Assembly (NCBI GenBank): GCA_001001045.1
Contig: LCIL01000001.1
Location: 442 to 64,441, forward strand
DNA from: Candidatus Woesebacteria bacterium GW2011_GWA1_44_23
GTDB lineage: Bacteria > Patescibacteriota > Microgenomatia > UBA8517
Direction: 5' to 3'
DNA: 64,000 bases
Part shown: piece by piece, positions 56,966-64,000 of the stretch
Numbering within the stretch: position 1 is the first letter of the stretch
Layout of the letters: each line of letters begins with the position of its first letter
The notes under the pieces: model-generated
What the model was told of the DNA's origin: nothing
The model's database searches: none
What the model saw: the letters and a program-made list of their open reading frames with translations, nothing else
Program-made: the position numbers and the translations under genes

Positions 56966-57379
56966 ATGTTACAACCAAAACGAAGAAAATACATAAAAGA
57001 ATTCAGAGGGAGAAGGCGCGGAGCCGCCACCCGTGGAAGCGTTATTTCTTTTGGAGATTTTGGCATGAAAGCCCAGGAGGTAGCTTGGGTAACTTCTGCC
57101 CAGATTGAGTCGGCAAGGCGTACAATTACGCATAGTCTTAAAAAAGGCGGGAGAGTTTGGGTAAGAATTTTTCCGGATAAGCCGATTACATCCAGGCCCG
57201 CCGGAAAAAGAATGGGAGGAGGAAAAGGAGATATTTCCACTTATGTGGCAGTTGTCAGGCCCGGAATGATTCTTTTCGAAGTTGCAGGGGCAGACCCCGT
57301 AATTATACGGGAGGCATTTAGGAAAGCCTCCGCAAAGTTACCCATTGACATAAAAATAGTGAGCAGGGAAGAAGATTAA
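56966..57379 (+). CDS. rplP: 50S ribosomal protein L16
   Basis: MLQPKR, RIFPDKP, RMGGGKG. Confidence 0.98.
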   Translation: MLQPKRRKYIKEFRGRRRGAATRGSVISFGDFGMKAQEVAWVTSAQIESARRTITHSLKKGGRVWVRIFPDKPITSRPAGKRMGGGKGDISTYVAVVRPGMILFEVAGADPVIIREAFRKASAKLPIDIKIVSREED

Positions 57380-57387
57380 TTTCTATC

Positions 57388-57624
57388 ATGAAAAGAAAAG
57401 ATTACATTGACTTAAAAGGAAAGACAATCAAAGAATTGATCAAAATGGCATCCGATAAAAAGACGGAGTCTGTCAAAAAGAAGATGCAAATTTTGGGTGG
57501 AAAAGAGAAAAACCTGAAGGTGTATAGGAATTTGCGGGCAGAAATTGCTAAAATACTAACCTTGATCCGCGAAAAAGAGATTCTTGAGAAAGTGCAGCCC
57601 AAAGAAGTTGAAACTAAAAAATGA
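57388..57624 (+). CDS. rpmC: 50S ribosomal protein L29
   Basis: RAEIAKILTL; operon position. Confidence 0.88.
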   Translation: MKRKDYIDLKGKTIKELIKMASDKKTESVKKKMQILGGKEKNLKVYRNLRAEIAKILTLIREKEILEKVQPKEVETKK

Positions 57625-57869
57625 AAATTTTTACCGGTAAAGTAATCGCAACGAAAACCGCCAAAACCGCCACTGTTGCTGTGGAGAGGATGACCATTCA
57701 CCCGCTTTATAAAAAGAGGCTGAAAAGAATAACCAAATATCAAGTTCACGACGAGACTGGGGTTACGGTTGGCGATCATGTTAAATTTGTTGGCAGCCGT
57801 CCTTATTCCAAAACTAAGAAGTGGAAAATAATAGAAATTGTGTCTGAAAAGAAAGGAAAGGCAAAGTAA
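57621..57869 (+). CDS. rpsQ: 30S ribosomal protein S17
   Basis: HPLYKK, HDE, RPYSKTKKW. Confidence 0.96.
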   Translation: MKIFTGKVIATKTAKTATVAVERMTIHPLYKKRLKRITKYQVHDETGVTVGDHVKFVGSRPYSKTKKWKIIEIVSEKKGKAK

Positions 57870-57870
57870 T

Positions 57871-58236
57871 ATGTTGCAACTAAGGACAATGATGGTACCG
57901 GCGGATAACAGTGGAGCCAAGAGAATTATGATAATCGGAGTTCCCGGAAGAGTCGGCAGATTCGCCAGTCTCGGGGATGTTGTCTTGGGAGTTGTCAAAG
58001 GGGCCGACCCGGCAGGTATTGTAGCCGATCATGAAAAAGTAAGAGTTTTAATAGTTAGGACACACAAAGAGGTTGGGAGGAAAGACGGCAGCTACGTCAG
58101 GTTCGACGATAATGCCGGAGTAGTTATCGATAAACAAGGCTTACCCCGGGGAACCAGGATCTTGGGCCCAATTGCCAGAGAAATTAAAGAAGCCGGTTAC
58201 AATAAAATTGCGTCATTGGCAAGGGAGGTAGTCTAA
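57871..58236 (+). CDS. rplN: 50S ribosomal protein L14
   Basis: ADNSGAK, RFDDNA, GTRILGP. Confidence 0.97.
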   Translation: MLQLRTMMVPADNSGAKRIMIIGVPGRVGRFASLGDVVLGVVKGADPAGIVADHEKVRVLIVRTHKEVGRKDGSYVRFDDNAGVVIDKQGLPRGTRILGPIAREIKEAGYNKIASLAREVV

Positions 58237-58256
58237 CAGTTTGTACCGAAAAATCT

Positions 58257-58571
58257 ATGATTAAATTTAAAAAAGGTGACACAGTCAAGATAATGATAGG
58301 AAAAGACAAAGGAAGAGAGGCTAAAATTGAAAAAATCTTACCTACCGAAGGAAAAGTTCTGATTCCGGGCGTGAACCTTTATAAAAAGCACGTCAAAGGT
58401 TTTGGTGACGTTAAGGGTGGGGTTTATGATATTCCAAGACCCCTGGATTTTGGCAAGATTGCACTTGTTTGTCCGAAATGTAAGAAAATAACCAGAGTCG
58501 GCTTTAAATTTGCCGGGGAAGACAAAGTAAGAGTTTGTAAAAAGTGCAGAAAGGAAATTGATACAAAATGA
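58257..58571 (+). CDS. rplX: 50S ribosomal protein L24
   Basis: KKGDTV...GKDKG, GVNLYKKH. Confidence 0.96.
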   Translation: MIKFKKGDTVKIMIGKDKGREAKIEKILPTEGKVLIPGVNLYKKHVKGFGDVKGGVYDIPRPLDFGKIALVCPKCKKITRVGFKFAGEDKVRVCKKCRKEIDTK

Positions 58572-59125
58572 TCACCAGATTACAAGAAAAATTTGAAAAG
58601 GAAGTAAAAGGAACTCTCGCGAAAGAGTTCGACATAAAAAATATCCATGCAATTCCGAGAGTTGCCAAGGTGGTTATCAATATGGGAGTCGGAGCCGCCG
58701 CCAAAAATCAACAGCAGATGGACAGTTTGAAGCGTGATATTGCGGCCATTACGGGGCAGACTCCTTCGGTAAGGAATGCCAAAGTTTCGATCGCGAGTTT
58801 TTCTCTTCGTGCCGGGATGCCTGTCGGGCTCAGTGTTACCCTGAGGGGCGAGCGCATGTATTCATTTTTGGACCGGCTTTTTTCAATAGCTCTCCCGAGA
58901 CTCCGTGATTTCAGGGGGGTATCTTTGAAGTCTTTTGATAAAATGGGCAATTACACCCTGGGGTTTGAAGAACACACGGTTTTTCCGGAAGTCGATCCTT
59001 CCAAGGCAGCTGCCGCCCACGGATTGGAGATAACCATAGTTACAACTGCGGGAACTCCCGAAAAATCAAAAAAACTATTGGAGCTTTTGGGATGTCCGTT
59101 TACCAAGGAGGAAACCAAAAAATGA
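58568..59125 (+). CDS. rplE: 50S ribosomal protein L5
   Basis: [22 protein letters not shown]. Confidence 0.97.
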   Translation: MITRLQEKFEKEVKGTLAKEFDIKNIHAIPRVAKVVINMGVGAAAKNQQQMDSLKRDIAAITGQTPSVRNAKVSIASFSLRAGMPVGLSVTLRGERMYSFLDRLFSIALPRLRDFRGVSLKSFDKMGNYTLGFEEHTVFPEVDPSKAAAAHGLEITIVTTAGTPEKSKKLLELLGCPFTKEETKK

Positions 59126-59307
59126 GCACGACAGCAAAGGAAGTAAGAGAAACTAAAAAATTAAAGTTTAAAGTCAGATACCACAATAGGTGCAAACTCT
59201 GCGGGAGGTCCCGTGGATACCTGCGCAGATATGGTATTTGCAGACTTTGTTTCAGGGAATATGCCCTAAAGGGCGAAATCCCCGGGGTTAGAAAGGCATC
59301 CTGGTAA
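59122..59307 (+). CDS. rpsN: 30S ribosomal protein S14, Zn-binding type
   Basis: RCKLCGR...CRLCFRE...PGVRKASW. Confidence 0.96.
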   Translation: MSTTAKEVRETKKLKFKVRYHNRCKLCGRSRGYLRRYGICRLCFREYALKGEIPGVRKASW

Positions 59308-59308
59308 T

Positions 59309-59701
59309 ATGACAAAGATGTTTTCAAATTATTCCATGGGGGACTTTTTAATAAGGATTAAAAATGCCGCAATGGCCGGAAATAAATCTTTGGAATATAG
59401 AGCCGAGAAGCAAATTGTGGCTATGGCGGATGCTCTTAAAAAACTGGGTTTTTTGGATACCGTCAAAAAGGAAAAAGGAATTCTTTCTGCCACCCTGGCT
59501 TTCAAAAACAAAAAGCCGGTAATAATGAACATCAAACTTATCTCAAAACCAGGCCTAAGAATTTACATGGGGGCTGACGAAATTGGCAAGAAAAAAGGCC
59601 CATCAACTTACCTTATCACATCGCCAAAAGGAATTATTTCATCCAAAGATGCCGTAAAAGCAAGGACCGGCGGGGAAGTGATTGCCGAAATTTGGTCATA
59701 A
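59309..59701 (+). CDS. rpsH: 30S ribosomal protein S8
   Basis: DFLIRIKNA, ISKPGLRIY, GGEVI. Confidence 0.96.
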   Translation: MTKMFSNYSMGDFLIRIKNAAMAGNKSLEYRAEKQIVAMADALKKLGFLDTVKKEKGILSATLAFKNKKPVIMNIKLISKPGLRIYMGADEIGKKKGPSTYLITSPKGIISSKDAVKARTGGEVIAEIWS

Positions 59702-59724
59702 GGAAAAATAGACACAGTATTACC

Positions 59725-60279
59725 ATGAGCAAGATAGGAAGACAACCGATTTTAATACCAGTAGGAGTTACAGTAGAGGTCAGTGGACATACTGTAAAAG
59801 TTGTTGGTCCCAAAGGAACTCTGGAGAAACATTTTCCCCCGGAGATCAATGTGGAAGTTAAAGATGGAGAAGTTATAGTCACCGCAAAGGGATCTGTCAA
59901 ATATATCGCCTCTTTGTACGGCACAACGAGGGCTTTAATTAACAACGATGTTAAAGGAGTATCCGAGGGTTGGTTTAAAAAACTTGAGCTGGTCGGGACG
60001 GGCTTTAAAGCGGAGGTTATAGGCAAAACAATTTCATTGACCGTAGGGTATAATCATCCCGTCAAGGTTGAAGCCCCCGAAGGCATCAGTTTCAAGGTTG
60101 AAAAGACAATAGTTACTGTTGAAGGAATTAATAAGGAAGTCGTGGGGCAGGTTGCCGCAATCATCCGCGGCGTCAGGCCACCTGAACCTTATAAAGGCAA
60201 AGGAATAAAATATGTAGACGAAGTTATAAGAAGAAAAGCTGGTAAAGCAGCCGCTGCAAAAGCCGGCCCGGCAGCCTAA
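59725..60279 (+). CDS. rplF: 50S ribosomal protein L6
   Basis: MSKIGRQP, GPKG, PEPYKGKGI. Confidence 0.97.
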   Translation: MSKIGRQPILIPVGVTVEVSGHTVKVVGPKGTLEKHFPPEINVEVKDGEVIVTAKGSVKYIASLYGTTRALINNDVKGVSEGWFKKLELVGTGFKAEVIGKTISLTVGYNHPVKVEAPEGISFKVEKTIVTVEGINKEVVGQVAAIIRGVRPPEPYKGKGIKYVDEVIRRKAGKAAAAKAGPAA

Positions 60280-60286
60280 TATTCAT

Positions 60287-60646
60287 ATGAGAAGCAAAGA
60301 AATAAAAGCTAAAAGATACATGCAAAGGAAAAGGAGAGTCAGGGCTAAAGTTGTCGGAAGCGCAAAGCGTCCGAGACTTTCAGTTTTCCGTTCCAATACC
60401 CATATTTATGGCCAGATCATAAATGATGAGGAAGGAAAAACCTTATTGTCTTTTTCGGATATTAAGATTAAAAAAGTGGCTAAGGTAACCAAAACTATGG
60501 TAGCGGGGCAAGTTGGGGAGGAGTTGGCCAAAAAAGCCCTGGCCAAAAAGATCAAAGCCGTAGTTTTTGACAGAAACGGATTTATGTATCACGGCAGAGT
60601 CAAAGCTCTTGCCGAAGGAGCAAGAAAAGGAGGATTGGTTTTTTAA
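60287..60646 (+). CDS. rplR: 50S ribosomal protein L18
   Basis: RPRLSVFRS, VFDRNG.YHGRV. Confidence 0.97.
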   Translation: MRSKEIKAKRYMQRKRRVRAKVVGSAKRPRLSVFRSNTHIYGQIINDEEGKTLLSFSDIKIKKVAKVTKTMVAGQVGEELAKKALAKKIKAVVFDRNGFMYHGRVKALAEGARKGGLVF

Positions 60647-60661
60647 AGACCAAATATAAAC

Positions 60662-61153
60662 ATGGGTTTTAGCAGAAACAGAAACACAAATTTTGAAGGC
60701 CCGCCGAAAGAGTTTGAGGAAACGGTGGTCCAAATTAACAGGATCAGCAAAAAAACAAAAGGAGGAAATCAGATAAGATTTTCCGCCCTTGTTGTTGTCG
60801 GGGACCGAAAGGGCAAAGTCGGAGTGGGCATCGCCAAAGCAACGGACGTGCGAAGCGCCATCAGAAAATCAATTGAAGCGGCAAAGAGGAAAATGGTTAT
60901 CGTTCCGCTTACGGGTACGACTATCCCCTATTCCGTAAACGAAAAATTCTCGGCGGCAAAAATATTACTTAAACCTGCTCCTCCCGGAAGCGGAATTATT
61001 GCCGGAGGACCCATGAGAGTGGTTTTGGAAGCTGCGGGTATTCGTGACGCAGTCGGAAAGATTTTAGGAACAAAAAACAAAATTTCCAATGTTTATGCAA
61101 CCTTGAAAGCACTTGAAACAATTTCGGGAATAGTTGAGGCAAGGAGAAAATAA
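60662..61153 (+). CDS. rpsE: 30S ribosomal protein S5
   Basis: KTKGG, FSALVVVGD, GSGIIAGG. Confidence 0.97.
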   Translation: MGFSRNRNTNFEGPPKEFEETVVQINRISKKTKGGNQIRFSALVVVGDRKGKVGVGIAKATDVRSAIRKSIEAAKRKMVIVPLTGTTIPYSVNEKFSAAKILLKPAPPGSGIIAGGPMRVVLEAAGIRDAVGKILGTKNKISNVYATLKALETISGIVEARRK

Positions 61154-61154
61154 T

Positions 61155-61607
61155 ATGACGCAGTTACCCAAAGTTATAGCTAAATCAAAAAAGAGGTTGG
61201 GTCGCGGGATGGGAAGCGGCAAGGGAAGCCATACCTCAAGCCGTGGGCAAAAAGGTCAGAAAAGCCGCGGCAAAGTAAATGTTCTTTTTGAAGGAATGAA
61301 AGTGAAGAAGTCTCTTTTGAAAAGACTTCCCAAAATGCGCGGAAAAGGGAAATTCCACGTCAATACCAAACCGATCGCGATAAAATACGAGCGGCTTGAA
61401 GCTTTGCCAGCAGGAAGCGTGATCACAACTGAACTATTGGTTAAACATGGGATTTTGAAAGAAAGATTGGCCAAACTTCACGGAGTTAAAATTATCGGAA
61501 TCGGCGACAACAAAAAGAAGTTTAAGTTCTCTGTCTCCACCTCCAAAAAATCAGTTGTCAAAGTTTCTGAGAAAGTTGCAGAAAAACCAGTTAAAGCTTC
61601 AAAATAA
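61155..61607 (+). CDS. rplO: 50S ribosomal protein L15
   Basis: RLGRGMGSGKG, RGQKGQKSR, FEG...RLPK. Confidence 0.94.
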   Translation: MTQLPKVIAKSKKRLGRGMGSGKGSHTSSRGQKGQKSRGKVNVLFEGMKVKKSLLKRLPKMRGKGKFHVNTKPIAIKYERLEALPAGSVITTELLVKHGILKERLAKLHGVKIIGIGDNKKKFKFSVSTSKKSVVKVSEKVAEKPVKASK

Positions 61608-61650
61608 CTTTCTAGAAACTTCCTCAAAATGTTTTTGATATACTTCGGTT

Positions 61651-62091
61651 ATGGCAAACGAAAGGTTTACCCTTAGAGCCGCGGTTTATCTCATTTTGAT
61701 AAAAGACGGGAGTGCTCTTCTTTCCAGAAGATACAATACCGGTTGGATGGATGGGAAATATAGTCTTATTGCGGGGCATTTGGACGGGAAAGAAAAAGTT
61801 TCGGATTCGATGATACGGGAAGCTTTCGAGGAAGCTGGAATCAAAGTCGCGAAGGAGGACTTAAAGCCCGTAAAAGTGCTTCACAGAAATTCCGGTGATC
61901 AGGAATATATGGACTTCTTTTTTCTGGCTGAAAAATGGGAAGGGGAACCGCAGGTTAAGGAACCGGACAAATGTGATGATATGAGTTGGTTCCCGATTGA
62001 CAGTCTTCCGGAAAATACCCTGCCCTATATCAAAAATGTAATTGAAAATTACAAAGACGGCGTTCCCTTTATCGAATCAGATTGGGATTAA
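61651..62091 (+). CDS. NUDIX hydrolase inserted in the spc operon
   Basis: Nudix box GHLDGKEKVSDSMIREAFEEAG; EPDKCD motif. Confidence 0.92.
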   Translation: MANERFTLRAAVYLILIKDGSALLSRRYNTGWMDGKYSLIAGHLDGKEKVSDSMIREAFEEAGIKVAKEDLKPVKVLHRNSGDQEYMDFFFLAEKWEGEPQVKEPDKCDDMSWFPIDSLPENTLPYIKNVIENYKDGVPFIESDWD

Positions 62092-62137
62092 CTCCTCTGT
62101 TTTTAGGATCAGGTTTGGGATATAATTGACCAATATT

Positions 62138-63421
62138 ATGCTTAAGTCGGTAGTACATTTTTTTTCAAAAGTAGTCAAAACTCCTTCCCTAAGGAAAAAA
62201 ATCCTTGTTACGGCCGTTGTCCTCGTTGTTTTTAGGTTGGCGGGGCACATTCCCGCGTCCGGAATCGATAAATCCTCGCTTGCAGCGCTTTTTGCCGGAA
62301 GCCCGCTTCTTTCCCTTCTCGACATTTTTTCGGGAGGCACGTTAGCCAACTTTTCTATTCTGGCTTTAGGCCTAAACCCTTATATCAACGCCTCCATTAT
62401 TTTCCAACTTTTGGGTTATGTTGTTCCTGCAATTGAGGAACTACAAAAAGAGGGAGAGTACGGGCAGGAAAAAATCAATCAGTACACCAGGCTTCTGACA
62501 GTTCCTCTGGCTGCTCTGCAGGCCTTCGGAATGTATGCGCTTCTCAAGGGACAAAAAGTTATTACCACTCTTGACCCGCTCCAGCTTTTGGCTTTGGTCA
62601 TAACAATGACGGCCGGAACAATTTTTGCTGTTTGGCTGGGGGAACTCATTAGCGAATACGGTTTTAAAGACGGAATATCTCTCCTGATTTTTACCGGAAT
62701 TGTGGCAAGACTTCCGGTTACTCTCGGCCAGTCCGCCAGCATTTTCCAATCCCAAGATATCTTTAAAATAATATTATTCGTAGTGATTTCCGTTGTTGTT
62801 GTAGGCCTTGTTATTTTTGTAAGCGAGGCAGCCCGGCAAATTCCAATCCACTATGCCAAGCGCCGTACCGAAAGCGGCCTTGGAGCTTCATCTTATCTTC
62901 CTCTCAGGCTAAATCAGGCGGGGGTTATCCCAATCATTTTCGCCGTATCCCTGGTTCTTATGCCGTCCATGCTGGGGCAGTTTCTGGCAAATGTCCCCAA
63001 CGCCGGAGTCGCCAATTTCGCCAGAACGATAAGCACGGCCTTTAACCCACAATCAGTGATTTATAACGTCATCTATTTCCTTTTGGTCTTCGGATTCACT
63101 TATTTTTATACCGCGGTTGTGTTTAATCCGGAAAAAGTAGCCGAAAATTTGCAAAAAGGAGGTGGATTTATTCCCGGTATCAGGCCCGGTAAAGAAACCG
63201 AAAAATATCTCGGACATGTTCTTTCACGCCTGACGGTTGTGGGCGGAGCTTTTCTGGGACTTGTTGCCGTTCTTCCTTCCCTTTTTCAAAATTCTTTGGG
63301 TGCTACAAACCTTGCAATTGGGGGCACCAGCGTTTTAATCCTTGTATCTGTTGCCTTGCAGCTTATCCGTGAGATGGAGGGAGAGCTTGTAATGGAGAAA
63401 TACGGAGGATTTACGAAGTGA
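62138..63421 (+). CDS. secY: Preprotein translocase SecY
   Basis: LGLNPYINASII, AGVIPIIFA, FIPGIRPG, GGTS. Confidence 0.97.
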   Translation: MLKSVVHFFSKVVKTPSLRKKILVTAVVLVVFRLAGHIPASGIDKSSLAALFAGSPLLSLLDIFSGGTLANFSILALGLNPYINASIIFQLLGYVVPAIEELQKEGEYGQEKINQYTRLLTVPLAALQAFGMYALLKGQKVITTLDPLQLLALVITMTAGTIFAVWLGELISEYGFKDGISLLIFTGIVARLPVTLGQSASIFQSQDIFKIILFVVISVVVVGLVIFVSEAARQIPIHYAKRRTESGLGASSYLPLRLNQAGVIPIIFAVSLVLMPSMLGQFLANVPNAGVANFARTISTAFNPQSVIYNVIYFLLVFGFTYFYTAVVFNPEKVAENLQKGGGFIPGIRPGKETEKYLGHVLSRLTVVGGAFLGLVAVLPSLFQNSLGATNLAIGGTSVLILVSVALQLIREMEGELVMEKYGGFTK

Positions 63422-64000
63422 ATATTCTTCTGATCGGTCCGCAAGGTTCGGGCAAGGGGACCCAAGCGAGGCTTCTTTGCGACAGATTCCATTTTTCGTA
63501 TTTCGAAGCCGGTGCATTTTTGAGAAAGATGGCTGAAAAAAATGAAGACCTCAGAACATATTTGGCGGGAGGCAATCTTGTTCCCGGTCAGGAGATGTCT
63601 TCGTACGTTACCACATACCTGGACGAAAACGGGTTATACGACAATATTTTGTTTGACGGGTTTCCCAGAACCCTTGAACAATACGAGGCGTTTAAAGGAT
63701 GGATGGAAAATAAAAAAGTGAATTTAAGTTTGGTGATGCTATTAACCATAAGTGAAACCGAGACGGTCCGGAGGCTTTCCGCAAGAAGGCAGGATCCGGC
63801 AACCGGCAAAATTTACAATCTCATTACCGATAAACCGCCGGCGGGAGTAGACGTGTCGGCTTTAATTCAAAGGGAGGACGATAAGCCGGAGGCGATTAAA
63901 AAAAGACTTTCTCTTTATAAAGAGCAAACCGAACCCATGATTGCCGAGCTTAAGAAAGTAACCGAAGTTATCGAGGTTAATGGGGAGCGCCCGATTGATG
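63418..64000 (+). CDS. adk: Adenylate kinase (partial, runs off window end; not in ORF track)
   Basis: GTG at 63418: NILLIGPQGSGKGTQA...FDGFPRT...QREDD; follows secY. Confidence 0.93.
   Translation, partial: MNILLIGPQGSGKGTQARLLCDRFHFSYFEAGAFLRKMAEKNEDLRTYLAGGNLVPGQEMSSYVTTYLDENGLYDNILFDGFPRTLEQYEAFKGWMENKKVNLSLVMLLTISETETVRRLSARRQDPATGKIYNLITDKPPAGVDVSALIQREDDKPEAIKKRLSLYKEQTEPMIAELKKVTEVIEVNGERPID

Noticed and set aside
8425-62137. Upstream-extended starts in the ORF track (murJ, nusA, infB, ftsK, yqgF, rpsL, rplC, secY and others)
   Set aside because: The extensions overlap neighbouring genes, promoters or leaders; downstream starts match family N-termini.
1-64000. Alternative genetic code (TGA as Gly, or TAG recoding)
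   Set aside because: Conserved genes translate fully in code 11 and end at TGA (dnaJ, ftsK, pnp, secY) and TAG (dnaK, fusA, rpsG).

Overview
64 kb of core chromosome from a small-genome bacterium using standard code 11. It is most likely Patescibacteria/CPR (Microgenomates-like); this is inferred from the absence of rpmD in the spc operon, minimal IF2/AlaRS/HrcA, an N-terminally short L2 and few Shine-Dalgarno sites. Contents, left to right: GT-C glycosyltransferases beside Pro/Thr-rich LPxSG surface proteins and pilN/pilO; rpsT, murJ; hrcA-grpE-dnaK-dnaJ with a CIRCE element; nusA-infB-DHH; rpsO-pnp; a protease-less Lon, UDG, rnj; a glycosyltransferase/pentapeptide insert; ftsK-rodZ; alaS, an actin-like/baseplate-J-like protein, sortase, yqgF, mltG; rpoBC; the str, S10 and spc operons to adk. 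No rRNA, tRNA, CRISPR array or transposase was recognised. The most notable observations are: (1) EF-G has a rewritten guanine-recognition site (G4 NKxD to NKLN, G5 SAF to GDNR); (2) accessory genes are preceded by diverged copies of the promoter and 5' end of the next core gene (ftsK, dnaJ); (3) a predicted O-mannosylation plus sortase surface-protein system sits next to pilNO; (4) leaderless and bidirectional promoters are widespread; (5) there are candidate attenuator leaders before rplC, nusA, rpoB and rpsO; (6) rpsJ, rpsS and a PMT gene carry small frame-breaking deletions, probably assembly errors. All family assignments are by eye from motifs; no searches were run.
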